DNA of 64,000 nt from Alphaproteobacteria bacterium (GTDB taxonomy: Bacteria > Pseudomonadota > Alphaproteobacteria > MPNO01). Under the pieces are notes generated by a model. The model ran no database searches. It saw only the letters and a program-made list of their open reading frames with translations, and was not told the DNA's origin. Position 1 is the first letter of the stretch, and each line of letters opens with the position of its first letter. Where the stretch lies: contig OZ219866.1 in the NCBI GenBank assembly GCA_964291675.2, forward strand, positions 1,600,001 through 1,664,000. Reading direction: 5' to 3'. Below, in pieces: positions 19,503-29,254 of this stretch. The position numbers were made by a program, and so were the translations under genes.

Positions 19503-19756
19503 CGCTCACAATTGCGCACTCAACCTCCTCTCCACCTGGACCAGGCACGAACCTTGCCTTCGGCACGGGCGAAGTTAAGAACCTAGTCCATCGTCTTGTA
19601 CCACGCCTGTGCTACCGCGGCGACATGCACCGATGGCTTGACAGAATCGCCGTCGCCATCCGGTCGCGCGCTTTCAAACGCAATGGTCACGCTTCCCGTG
19701 ATCGTTATCCGCGTTCTGACCTACGCGGCGCCGATGAGGCTCGATAAAGGCAGAAT

Positions 19757-21085
19757 GTGACACACATGCCGATGCTGAGAGATGCAAGGATCGAAAAGGT
19801 GCAGCGGCTTCTGACCGCGTACAAAAAGACCCGGGAACTGCTCGAGGGCGAGCCGGTCACACGGGAGCTTCATCCCGGCACCGACATCGCACGCAACTGG
19901 GCGGTGATCACCGCCGCCTACAGCGGCGCCGAGCAAACTCTGAAGTACCTCCTGGCCGAGGAGAACGGCCTTACCATCCCTGAACTGATCGATTTTGCCG
20001 TTCCGGATGACTTCGATGCGAATGAACACGATGCCAGGACGTACCCTTACCGTACACATAACCTGGGCGCGTTGTTCTCGAAGCTCGAAAGGTCGACGCA
20101 GGACATCGTACGAGACTTCTACCGGCGATATCGCTCCCTCCATTCATACATCGTCATCGGCAGTGCGGACGACTTCCTGAATCGTGTCTCCGGACGCCAG
20201 GGCACCGGGTATGCACGTTGGCGATACACCCTGATCGAAGACAGGCCGCCTCCGAAGAACAGCCCGGAAGCTCTCGTCGCCATCTGGGGGGTGTGCGTCC
20301 GGATCGCGGAGGAAAGACTTTGGGAGAGGCGGCGCGTGCGAATGCCAGACAAGGAGTTGGCGCAGACCTTGTGCCACCGCCTAGAGGCGCTGCTGTTACG
20401 CGTGTCCGTCGATCGACAGAACGACGGTGAACCGTTTCAGGATATTTCCGGCGAGATGAGGGACTGGTTGTGGAGAGGAGGCCACCCCCTCAATGCATTC
20501 GCCGAGGTCCTGTGGCACTTCGCCCGGTACGGCTTCCATGGCGAGGAAGACGTTTCCGAATGGCTCTCCGACGGGCTGTCCCGATGGGTGAACGACGTTG
20601 TCGCGATGCCGAGCGCTTCGGCACAGACCTCGCTCCGGGCTTTCCTCACACGTGCCCAGGGCCTCACGCCCGATGGGCGAAGCATTCGGTGGAACCCGTC
20701 CCGCGACCGCTTCGAAGCCGTCCGGTGGTCCCTCGAACAACGCTTCAGCGACACCCTGCCTCCACGGGCAACCGTTATCGGCGACCCTGCCGGCCACCAG
20801 ACACCACTCGCCACGCTGTGGGCGGCTGCCAGGGACAGCGGTTACCGAGTCCTTGAGAATCGAGCCTTCAAGGGTCCCGCCGGGGAGGACATCTGGTTCC
20901 GCACGCTCGAGGTACAGGCAGAGGACGCCGGGACGGCCCTGCCGGTCCTCTCGATTTGGCAACAGCGCGACTCCGGCAGTGACCTCTTCCACATGGTCGC
21001 GGAACGCGCTCCGGAGGAGGTGAACCAGCCCTTGCGCCGCTGGATGGAGTTGGCCCGCAGGGTCGGGGAGATGAGATCGGGATGA
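19757..21085 (+). CDS. Hypothetical protein with N-terminal HEPN-like domain
   Basis: EQTLKYLL...RTHNLGALF...YARWRY pattern typical of HEPN; C-terminal half not recognised. Confidence 0.6.
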   Translation: MTHMPMLRDARIEKVQRLLTAYKKTRELLEGEPVTRELHPGTDIARNWAVITAAYSGAEQTLKYLLAEENGLTIPELIDFAVPDDFDANEHDARTYPYRTHNLGALFSKLERSTQDIVRDFYRRYRSLHSYIVIGSADDFLNRVSGRQGTGYARWRYTLIEDRPPPKNSPEALVAIWGVCVRIAEERLWERRRVRMPDKELAQTLCHRLEALLLRVSVDRQNDGEPFQDISGEMRDWLWRGGHPLNAFAEVLWHFARYGFHGEEDVSEWLSDGLSRWVNDVVAMPSASAQTSLRAFLTRAQGLTPDGRSIRWNPSRDRFEAVRWSLEQRFSDTLPPRATVIGDPAGHQTPLATLWAAARDSGYRVLENRAFKGPAGEDIWFRTLEVQAEDAGTALPVLSIWQQRDSGSDLFHMVAERAPEEVNQPLRRWMELARRVGEMRSG

Positions 21086-21403
21086 CTCTCGCTTCTCGGG
21101 ACCAGACCTGTTCGGATATCGGCCATCGACGAGGCGGGGCGCGGATTCTTGCTTCGTCACTTCATCTCCACTCTGCCCGCGAAACGGCGGTGTCTTGTGA
21201 GGGCCCATCCGCAAGTCGTCAGGTCTAATGCGAGAGCCGCCGCGAACCAGCAATGTCAGGCAACTTGGCCTGTCTTCCCGCTCCACGCAGGTTCTCGCGG
21301 TTCAATCGACATCATGGGGAGGCGCCGAACGGGTAGGTGGCCGGCCGCGGAGAAATTGCCGACAAGGAAAATCGAACTCCGAACCCTGACGTCGGCTTCT
21401 GAA

Positions 21404-21997
21404 CTACTCGCATTCAGCAGGGGCGCGCCATCGGGCGGCCTTCAGTTCAGACTGCGCTGGACGCGCCAAGTCGACCGCGATCCGCAGGTCGGCCACGCCG
21501 CGCGGCGCGACGATTTCTTTCAGCCGCCCCAGTCCGATGCTCTTCTGGCCTTCAGGAAGGTCGCGCTCCGCCACCGCGAAGAAGAGCCACTGCCCGAGAT
21601 CTGTGTGGTCGGCACGGTCATCGTCACGCCCATGCCAGGCGAAGACGTAGATGTCCGCTTGCCGGGCTGGGGAACCGATCCACACGCCCTCTCGTGTCCA
21701 GAACCCGCTGCGGGGCGCGATGTCGAAGGCCGGGGTGCGTCGCCGCGGTGTCGGCCCCCTGTCCCATGTTTGCCGCGCCGCGGCCTGCTTGATCTCCAGC
21801 CGAGCACCGGAAGGCGTGTGCTCACAATCCCAGGCCGCCCAATCCCAACCGTCCATCCAGGTCAGGCGCCAATCGTCCCCGAGCGCCGACGCGATCATGC
21901 ATTCGACATAGTCGCCGCGATAGACGTTGTTCATGATCGGCCCGTCGTAGCGATGCCTGAGCATCGTCAGGATGTCTTCGTGCCGGGGTTCCTTCAC
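21404..21997 (-). CDS. PD-(D/E)xK restriction-endonuclease-like protein
   Basis: RGDYVE...WD...RLEIKQAA, ADIYVF motifs. Confidence 0.7.
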   Translation of the reverse strand: MKEPRHEDILTMLRHRYDGPIMNNVYRGDYVECMIASALGDDWRLTWMDGWDWAAWDCEHTPSGARLEIKQAAARQTWDRGPTPRRRTPAFDIAPRSGFWTREGVWIGSPARQADIYVFAWHGRDDDRADHTDLGQWLFFAVAERDLPEGQKSIGLGRLKEIVAPRGVADLRIAVDLARPAQSELKAARWRAPAECE

Positions 21998-22041
21998 GGC
22001 GTCGCTCCAATGCTGGAAGTCACATGGACGAAGCTACTCGC

Positions 22042-23433
22042 TCAGCTGTTTGCCAACACGTCGTCGACGATCGGAATTGCCCGCCCCGCCGCCTCGACGA
22101 ATTGACGGCTGAAATATTCAGTCAGGTCGCCCGGGTCTTGCGCTTCCTTGTGCAAGCGGGCGAGCAGGGGCCTCCAGTCCCCGTGCTCTTCCAGATAACG
22201 GTACCAAGGCCAGCTTCGGGAATCCGTTCTACCCCGCAAAGCCGTATCAGCGCCCAGGCGTTCGCGCAGCCGTTCCCTCAAATTTTCCTCGGCGTCGACG
22301 TCGCCTGTTCCGGAATCGAGGCCGACGCCGACAGACCAATCATTGGCATCGCGTTCGTGCCTGAGACTGATGACGGGAACCGCACCGCCAGCTTCGGACC
22401 ACGCTTTCCTGAAGGCCCAAACGCCGTTCTTCGGCCCGCCGTGATTGCTGAAGCCGCAACCGGTCCGCAGGTCCTCGATCGAACCGAGGTCGCTGGCGAT
22501 CCGATCGCGCAGCACTTCGAGAAAGCGCTTCACGACTTCATTCCTCGTTTCCGGCCAGGCCTCGACAACGGCGATAGCCGTCAGCACGTTGTCGTCGTTG
22601 GCGAGGATGAAATCCCTCACTTCCTTCCGTTCGATCGTTGTCGTCACGATTCCTCCGAATGTCTTGTGGCAGAACGTCTCGACCTCACCCAGGAACCAGC
22701 GCAGGCGTTCCGCTTCGCATATCTGCCGGCACTCCCGCAGCCAGTCGCTCAATGAGAAGGACAGCCGAAACGGGAAACTTCCTTCATACTCGCCGGTCTC
22801 GTCGCGTGGACAGAACGACATGATCGCCAGCCCATCCTTGCAGGCGGCTCTGGGAAGACCCCGTTCCGAGGGCGCGCCTCCATGTCCGCTCAGATATATC
22901 AGCAGAAAACGGTCGCCATAGTGTCGTTTCAGGAACGCGAGGTAGTCCGCGATCTGACCCTCGCCGTCCGCCGCATATGGCTTATTCTCGAAGGCTATAC
23001 AGGCTGGCTCCCGGCCCCGTGAGCGAAGCTCGACGGAGATGTCCAGGCGCCCACCGCCGTCGGTGCTTCGTTCCCGCAGAACGTGAACATCGAAATCGTC
23101 GAACCGAACGGTTTGACCCGCTGGCCAAAGATCCGGTCCGACCAAGTCTCCGAACCTCGCGAGGAAACGCGTTCCCTGACCGTGGGTGCCGTTAGGATCG
23201 AGCAGGTACCCGATAATTCGCGATAGCCCGAGTTCGTCCGTGCGCAGATAGTCAAGCGCGTTGAAACCGCGGGCCAGCAGTCGGTCCAACTCGCGTTCCA
23301 CCGCCCGCGCGCCTTCCATCCGCGCGCCCAGCGCCGTGAAAAACCGCCCGCAACGGTCTCGATCCGACTGTCTGATCGAGGCCAGGCGCTCCGAAAGCGG
23401 CGCGATGCGCGACAGATGGCGAAGTGTCGTCAA
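22042..23433 (-). CDS. PD-(D/E)XK nuclease family protein (PDDEXK_4-like)
   Basis: ELGLSRIIGYLLDPNGTHGQG, RE...GRLDI...IAFENK...DGEGQIADY; start uncertain. Confidence 0.85.
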   Translation of the reverse strand: MTTLRHLSRIAPLSERLASIRQSDRDRCGRFFTALGARMEGARAVERELDRLLARGFNALDYLRTDELGLSRIIGYLLDPNGTHGQGTRFLARFGDLVGPDLWPAGQTVRFDDFDVHVLRERSTDGGGRLDISVELRSRGREPACIAFENKPYAADGEGQIADYLAFLKRHYGDRFLLIYLSGHGGAPSERGLPRAACKDGLAIMSFCPRDETGEYEGSFPFRLSFSLSDWLRECRQICEAERLRWFLGEVETFCHKTFGGIVTTTIERKEVRDFILANDDNVLTAIAVVEAWPETRNEVVKRFLEVLRDRIASDLGSIEDLRTGCGFSNHGGPKNGVWAFRKAWSEAGGAVPVISLRHERDANDWSVGVGLDSGTGDVDAEENLRERLRERLGADTALRGRTDSRSWPWYRYLEEHGDWRPLLARLHKEAQDPGDLTEYFSRQFVEAAGRAIPIVDDVLANS

Positions 23434-23439
23434 CGGTCT

Positions 23440-23886
23440 TCACTCGGCCTGCCGCGTTCTCGAACGATGGCTTCCGCTGTCCCTCTTGAAGTCTTCCCGC
23501 GACCCTAGTGGCTCGTCGACGTGCCGTGCCCACGGTTTGGACGCGCGCGGGTCGACCAAATGGATATTCTTCCGATCGATCGACGAGCGCACGGGCTTTG
23601 CACTCGCGTACGATGCCGGTTTCGCTTTCCGGGAAAGCCGATGCGTCTCCTTCTTGCCCGGCTGCTCCGCTCTGGATTCCTGTTTCCCCGACGCGCCTTT
23701 CTGCCGCGACCGTTTGAACTCCATATATGCGATTTCATGGGGAGTTACGGCCTGCCTCCGACCTCGGCAAACCTCGACAAATTGCCTTTGCAATTCGGTC
23801 GTCGGCGTCCGCTCGCCCTGATCGAGCTGGCGGTAAAACTCATAATGCCGTCCGATCAGCGCAACTTGATGGGAGGTCAACGCCAT
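23440..23886 (-). CDS. DUF413 (MaoP/YifE-like) domain protein with basic tail
   Basis: LIGRHYEFYRQLDQGERTPTTELQRQFVEVCRGRRQAVTPHEIAYMEF resembles the DUF413 core. Confidence 0.75.
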   Translation of the reverse strand: MALTSHQVALIGRHYEFYRQLDQGERTPTTELQRQFVEVCRGRRQAVTPHEIAYMEFKRSRQKGASGKQESRAEQPGKKETHRLSRKAKPASYASAKPVRSSIDRKNIHLVDPRASKPWARHVDEPLGSREDFKRDSGSHRSRTRQAE

Positions 23887-24244
23887 CCATGCCGATCCTT
23901 GTCCGTACTCCAGGCGTGATGCGAGTGGCTTGCGCAGCCAGCGGTCGGAGTTGCTCGGGACTTGGATCGTCGCCCATCGGAGCAATGGATTCAATGGCCA
24001 GTTGTGCGTGGGCGCCGCGGTCAGGTGTCGGTGTCGGCGGTGTTCTTCGGGGCCGTGGCGCGGTTCGATGACGGCGGGCGGCGTGGGAGTGCGTGATGGC
24101 CCGCGCGCAACCGATTGTCGCCACCAACTGTCCGTCATGCCGGCCCGCGGTCTCGCCCCGTTGATGGTCGGAGCCCGAACCGGATATGTTCGTAGCGGCT
24201 TCGCGGGGCACGCCGCCCCGAGGATCAGGGGTCCGAGGTGTGGT

Positions 24245-24490
24245 GAGCCGGCCCGCCAGCATTCGGTACAGGGTGGCGTCAGGACAGGCCGAGGCGAAAT
24301 GGATGCGGGCGGCCTTCTCCACGACGCGGGCGCCGATGTTGAGCAGGCTCTTCCGAAGAGTGGTGAACTCCGACCAGCCGAGTGGCATGCGGCGCGGCAC
24401 CGCGACGCGGAACGCGAGCATCAGCCAGTAGGCGGCGGTGTGGAGCACCAGGCGGAACTGGTTGGCGTGCGGGCTCTGGCACTGGACCGC
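24245..24490 (-). pseudogene. IS1380-family transposase C-terminal relic
   Basis: CQSPHANQFRLVLHTAAYWLM...EFTTLRKSLLNIGARVVE...RIHFASACPD. Confidence 0.85.
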
Positions 24491-24594
24491 GGACAATCCG
24501 GTCAACGGGCTCCACCCGCGCGGCATTTGCTTGGCGAACGGCCCGTCGAGCGCGGCGCCGATTTTCGGTCGCTTCGAGGCGGCAGAGACGACAC

Positions 24595-25995
24595 TCAGCG
24601 CAGGATAAGGTTGAATTCAACCCGGCGGTTGCGCCTGAACGCGGCAATCGTGCTGCGAAGATCGATCGGTTGGTATTCGGCGAAGCCGGTGGCAGCTAGA
24701 CGGTTGGCTGGAACCCCCCGGTCAATCAAGTACTTGACTACCGCGACCGCTTTGCCGGTCGACAGCTCCCAGTTTGACGGATAAGCAGGGGTTGAGATCG
24801 GTACTCGGTCGGTGTGGCCGTCGACCCGGATCAGCCAGTCGATGTCGGCCGGAATTCTCACGGAAATCTCTTTGATCGTCTTCACCATCTTGTCGATCTG
24901 GGCGCGTCCCCCTGGCTGGAGCGTTGCCCGGCCCGAGGGGAAGAGCACCTCCGACTGGAAGACGAAGCGGTCGCCGACGATGCGTACATCGCTGCGGTTG
25001 CCGAGCGACTGCCTGAGCCGGACGAGAAGTTTGGCACGATAATTCGCAAGTTCCTCGACGTGTCTGGCAGGCGTCGCGAGGAACTGCTGCAAAGGGTTGA
25101 CGAACTGGATACCTTTTTCCTTCGCCTCGCGCTCCACAGCGTCGAGCGCTACTTCGAGGCGCGCGAGCTTCTTGCGGAGAACGGCAATTTGGTTATCGCG
25201 GAGACGCACTCGCTCTCGAGACCCATTGTATAGCGCGCGCAATTCCGCAAATCGCGATTGTGGTGTTTCGACCGAACCGCTCAATTTGGTCACCCACTCT
25301 ACGGGTATCGCGAAGGAAAACCCTCCGGCGCCTGCGCCCGAGATTTTCAACGTCGTGATCCCGATCAACATTCCCTGCTGATCGAAGAGTCCACCACCGG
25401 AGGATCCTGGCGATACCGTAACGTCCGACTGGATGAGCGGGGCGGCTTCCGTTCCGCCGACTCCGCGCAACTGCGAAACGATGCCGCGAGACAAGGACAG
25501 TTCCAGCCCATAAGGGGCTCCTATGGCATAGACCTCATCGCCAATCGACGTATCGCGGGCATTCCCTAGAGGCACTGGTACCGCCGCGGGCGCATCTGAT
25601 AGCCCCGCCACGAACAAAATGCAAAGATCGCGATCTGCTTCTTGCGCGGTCAGCTTGGCTTTCATTCGGTAGGATTCCCGCGCACGCGCATTCGGCGCCT
25701 GTCGTACCGCAATCAGTTGCGCACCCGAAACGACATGGCAGTTCGTCGCCACTGTATTCTCGCTGACGACAACACCGCTACCTTGGGCCAATTCCTTGCC
25801 ATGCGTATCCATGGCAATTACGACCACAATACCTCTGGACACTTTATCGAAGACTTGCTTCGCCGATTTGCCGTGAGTGGTTGACGGCATACCCGCTCCG
25901 GCCGCGACGAATATGGAGATGAGCAGAAATACTGTGTGCCGGTACCTTTCCATCGCGCGCGAATAGATCGGCCTTAAAGAACGGAAATCAATCAT
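24595..25995 (-). CDS. Trypsin-like serine protease fused to OmpA/MotB-like peptidoglycan-binding domain
   Basis: Signal/TM segment; GSG, TNCHVV, DLCIL, PGSSGG triad motifs; C-terminal VDGHTD, NWELS, NRRVEF; start overlaps upstream stop (ATGATTGA). Confidence 0.88.
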   Translation of the reverse strand: MIDFRSLRPIYSRAMERYRHTVFLLISIFVAAGAGMPSTTHGKSAKQVFDKVSRGIVVVIAMDTHGKELAQGSGVVVSENTVATNCHVVSGAQLIAVRQAPNARARESYRMKAKLTAQEADRDLCILFVAGLSDAPAAVPVPLGNARDTSIGDEVYAIGAPYGLELSLSRGIVSQLRGVGGTEAAPLIQSDVTVSPGSSGGGLFDQQGMLIGITTLKISGAGAGGFSFAIPVEWVTKLSGSVETPQSRFAELRALYNGSRERVRLRDNQIAVLRKKLARLEVALDAVEREAKEKGIQFVNPLQQFLATPARHVEELANYRAKLLVRLRQSLGNRSDVRIVGDRFVFQSEVLFPSGRATLQPGGRAQIDKMVKTIKEISVRIPADIDWLIRVDGHTDRVPISTPAYPSNWELSTGKAVAVVKYLIDRGVPANRLAATGFAEYQPIDLRSTIAAFRRNRRVEFNLILR

Positions 25996-26242
25996 GAAGA
26001 CCTCTGGAGGCTTCAAGGAGGCGATCAAGAAGGTCATTTTCCGCCACTCGAGTAAGCGTGGCGTATTCGTCTCCGTCCTCAACCGGCCGGGCAGTGATCG
26101 ATCTGAAGGCACTAATCATCAAATCGATGGTGCCGGGCTGCGATCTTTCGACTGACATAATGGTGCCTACAACAAGCCCACTAAGTGCGGTGATCCTGGT
26201 GTCCAGTTGTAAATATAGCTCCTTAAGTTCGTCATCGGTCAT
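25988..26242 (-). CDS. Hypothetical protein (84 aa)
   Basis: Acidic helical ORF coupled to the protease gene. Confidence 0.55.
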   Translation of the reverse strand: MTDDELKELYLQLDTRITALSGLVVGTIMSVERSQPGTIDLMISAFRSITARPVEDGDEYATLTRVAENDLLDRLLEASRGLHD

Positions 26243-26554
26243 CGAGGCAGACCCCTTGTCGATTCCAATAGAGTCTTGCATCTGGCCCGGCGGGCGTCAA
26301 GCTGAACGAAGTTTGCGAAGGCAAATGCATGCAGAGGCATGAACCACTTTGTATGATTGCGTCTGAAGATCAAATGAGCGAGTACGCTTTCCCAGTATGA
26401 TACGCTGCGGGACCGTCAATCAGGGTTTACTTGGAGCGGCAACCCGGATTTCACACCAGTTCAATTTGCCCGGTTATTTGGTCTGGCTGCCGGTCATGGC
26501 GGTGTCGTCTGGATGCGCGCGAGGGGTAGCGCTGGCGCCTGAGGCGCGGTGTGG

Positions 26555-26606
26555 TGACCGCATGTGGCGGGACGGCACCCAGTTCCGCGTCACCCTGTTG
26601 GGGTGA
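26555..26606 (+). pseudogene. IS110-family transposase extreme C-terminal relic
   Basis: RMWRDGTQF resembles the HRMWxDGTxF end of alphaproteobacterial IS110 transposases; very short. Confidence 0.45.
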
Positions 26607-26825
26607 TTTCGGTCTGACGAATCCTGTGTGCCGCCTCTGTGAGGCGCGCTTCGGATCGCGCGGCAAGCTTGAACACATACAGACCCTGTGCCTCTTGGAG
26701 GACTTCCCAGAGCGCCACATGGTCACGTCCTGCCGAGCCCATCGAGTTTGCGGGATCGTGATTCCGTGGTGACAATCGACGCGGTTTATCCGCTTTAACG
26801 CCGCCGGGAATTGTCTACCAGATCG

Positions 26826-26918
26826 ATGTCGGATCATCTGTCACCCAAGGAGCGCAGCGCGCACATGCGCCGTATTCGCAAGACCGGCACAAAGCCGGAG
26901 ATGCGAGTTCGGCGCGCC
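26826..26918 (+). pseudogene. vsr: Very-short-patch repair endonuclease N-terminal relic
   Basis: Hand translation MSDHLSPKERSAHMRRIRKTGTKPEMRVRRA matches the Vsr N-terminus (RSxxMxxIRxxxTKPE). Confidence 0.8.
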
Positions 26919-27166
26919 ACGCCGACGCCGACGCGATCCTGCGCGACCACCGCACCTTCGCCAGCGATCCGCTCCCGGGCACGCTAACCCGCCGCCAGCA
27001 GGCCATGCTGCCGCCGCCGGACGAGGTCACCATGCTGCTTCTCGAGCCGCCCGACCACACGCGGCTGCGGGCCCAGTGAACAAGGCGTTCACGTCCCGGG
27101 GGGTGGGCGCCCTGGAGGCCCGCATCCGCGCGATCGCGGCCGAAATCCTGGACGCCGTCGATGATC
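26918..27166 (+). pseudogene. Cytochrome P450 internal fragment (frameshifted)
   Basis: HADADAILRDHRTF...MLLLEPPDHTRLRA / VNKAFT...LEARIRAIAAEILD, with a frameshift near 27075. Confidence 0.8.
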
Positions 27167-27350
27167 GCCAAGACGAAGAGGCCGCTCGGGCGGTCGGTGG
27201 AGAAGCCGCTGCCCGAACCTGTCGACAACTCCCCCGAGAACGTGATGCGGGCGATCCTCGCGACGCCGCCGAAGCGCGACGACGAGTGGCGGTACATGCG
27301 GAAAGCCGACGCCTAGCGGCCCGCTTGGTCACTTCTGTATGTAGGCCCCA
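27167..27350 (+). pseudogene. Short ORF remnant, possibly the end of an IS1595-like element
   Basis: KRPLGRSVEKPLPEPVDNSPENVMRAILATPPKRDDEWRY* followed by an abrupt GC drop at about 27350; IS assignment is from recall only. Confidence 0.35.
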
Positions 27351-27395
27351 TTCCATGCTATACTCTATTCATATGGAGAACACTAAATAGCAAGC

Positions 27396-27725
27396 ATGAA
27401 GCGCAATACCGCCATCGTTGTCGCAGTCTTTATGTCGGTGATTCTTATAATTTTAACTGCGGTATTTTCGCCCGTGTTCCGTGAACACTTGTCGAACATT
27501 GGGAACGATAATTGGAAACGGTCTGTCGCTAGTCTAATGTTAGATCCAGATTCTACCAAATTTAGGAACACTAGGAAAAGCACACTTGGTTATTGTGGTG
27601 AAATAAACAGCAAGAACAAATTTGGAGGATACGTGGGATTCAAGCGATTTCATGCTTTCAAGGACAAGTTGGGTAAGTGGTCTATAACGCTAGACACATC
27701 GATTGTGGATATCTTCTGCCGATAG
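27396..27725 (+). CDS. Small membrane-anchored hypothetical protein (DPDS...CGEINSKNxFGGYVG family)
   Basis: N-terminal TM helix; motif common in phage/island cargo; very low GC. Confidence 0.75.
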   Translation: MKRNTAIVVAVFMSVILIILTAVFSPVFREHLSNIGNDNWKRSVASLMLDPDSTKFRNTRKSTLGYCGEINSKNKFGGYVGFKRFHAFKDKLGKWSITLDTSIVDIFCR

Positions 27726-27904
27726 GGCATTACTATGCGACTGTGAGAGTCGAAGGCACATATTCATGTTAAGACATTAAGGTGCAAGCACAGAATGGGC
27801 ATGAGGCCAAGAAAATCATTGAAATGCACCTCGGTGGAAAAGTGAAGAGTTGGCTGCGTTCCCCGACGCCGGGATCAAAGCCACCCAGATGGTTTCGTGG
27901 TTGA
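27722..27904 (+). pseudogene. Small interrupted ORF
   Basis: HYYATVRVEGTYSC*DIKVQAQNGHEAKKIIEMHLGGKVKSW...; internal TAA and ATA at the presumed start. Confidence 0.35.
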
Positions 27905-28009
27905 TTATACTCGCAGCGAGCCGTGCGAACGCCGACGCCTAACGGCTTCCCAATGCCTCAATAGTTTCTTGCACCCTTCTGTGACCAATCTACGCGGAGC
28001 CAGAACACG

Positions 28010-28795
28010 ATGAGCAACATCATCATCCACCACCCCACGTACTGGCCGCTTGAACAAATCCAATTCGATCCGTCCAATCCGGAACGATTGCCCGAAAAAA
28101 CTTATCAATACACATCATATGAACCTAAGCCGGGAGACAAGGAACGCAAGCGAGTGAGATATGTTGTCCGCTCCAAATGGCACAAAGCCAAACAAGAGCT
28201 GACTATAGAATACCGGGCCGAAGACCAGCAATACCTGCCGGAAGGCTGGCCTCCAGCAGAGGATGTCGAGTTTTGGGGTTGGGGAGTCCATATTCTCACC
28301 ATTGAACCCGGCACGAAGTCCGGCCCTTCCAGTTGGAAGCATGAATTGTATCCCGAACCAGAACCTGGACATGGATGGACTTTAGAACGACTCTCCGGTG
28401 GCAAAAAGAGAGACTGCAAGTCGGCGAAACAGATAAGGAGAGAGCAACAGGGACCATTTAGAGATCAACTTCTGGAAATGGATGGGTGCTGCGCTTTGAC
28501 GAAAGAGACTTGCGGGACTGCCTTGGAAGCCGCTCACATAATTCCTGCTTACCAAGGAGGGCCAGAGTATCCAGAAAACGGAATGCTGCTTCGCGCGGAC
28601 ATTCACCGGCTCTTCGATGCTGGAAAATTTCAGATTTGCCCAGAGACCGGCAAGGTGCTGTTAGACGCAGGCTTCGATTACCCATTCACTCGGCAGGAAG
28701 AAGCATTCACTCTGCAAGAAGCGCAAGTACCGCGAGATGTACTGGAGCGGATACGGACCGCGCTTCAGCATCGGGGCAGGTTACCTGCACAATGA
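28010..28795 (+). CDS. HNH endonuclease (HNH_2-type) with unknown N-terminal domain
   Basis: QGPFRDQLL...CALT...LEAAHIIP...NGMLLRADIHRLFD. Confidence 0.88.
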   Translation: MSNIIIHHPTYWPLEQIQFDPSNPERLPEKTYQYTSYEPKPGDKERKRVRYVVRSKWHKAKQELTIEYRAEDQQYLPEGWPPAEDVEFWGWGVHILTIEPGTKSGPSSWKHELYPEPEPGHGWTLERLSGGKKRDCKSAKQIRREQQGPFRDQLLEMDGCCALTKETCGTALEAAHIIPAYQGGPEYPENGMLLRADIHRLFDAGKFQICPETGKVLLDAGFDYPFTRQEEAFTLQEAQVPRDVLERIRTALQHRGRLPAQ

Positions 28796-28920
28796 GCTAC
28801 CGCAGCACGTCATCGGTGCTCTCGTTGGCGGTGTAGCGGACAGCCTGCCCTTAGCCGAAAGCGGATGAAGGACAGCCGCCTGGGCAGCACCCCGCCCGTC
28901 CGCGCCGGCGCGAGGCTTGA

Positions 28921-29250
28921 TCATGCGTGCAGCGCGCCCGCGCGCCGTTCGGCGGCGGTCCTCTCCCGGCGCGCCTGCGCAAGCTCGTAAGCAGCCTGCA
29001 TCCGCATCCAGTGCTCGGCGGTTCCCCAGCCGACATCCTCAAGCGCCAGCGCCATGTTCGCCGACACGCCCGCCTTGCCGTTCAGCAGCCGAGACAGCGT
29101 CCCGCGCTCGCAGCCGAGCCGCGCCGCCGTCCCGGTCACGTTCCAGCCCACATCGTTCATGCTTTCGCGGATGAGTTCGCCCAGGTGCGGCGGGTTGCGC
29201 ATCGGGCCGACGCGATCGCTCGCAATGTCGTTCATGGTCAGTGCTCCCAT
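28921..29250 (-). CDS. higA: HigA family antitoxin
   Basis: MRNPPHLGELIRE, HTH, GVSANMALAL, WMRMQAAYEL. Confidence 0.93.
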   Translation of the reverse strand: MGALTMNDIASDRVGPMRNPPHLGELIRESMNDVGWNVTGTAARLGCERGTLSRLLNGKAGVSANMALALEDVGWGTAEHWMRMQAAYELAQARRERTAAERRAGALHA

Positions 29251-29254
29251 TCGG

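Noticed and set aside
24595-25100. Zorya ZorB
   Set aside because: The OmpA/MotB domain is fused to a protease and there is no ZorA-like partner.
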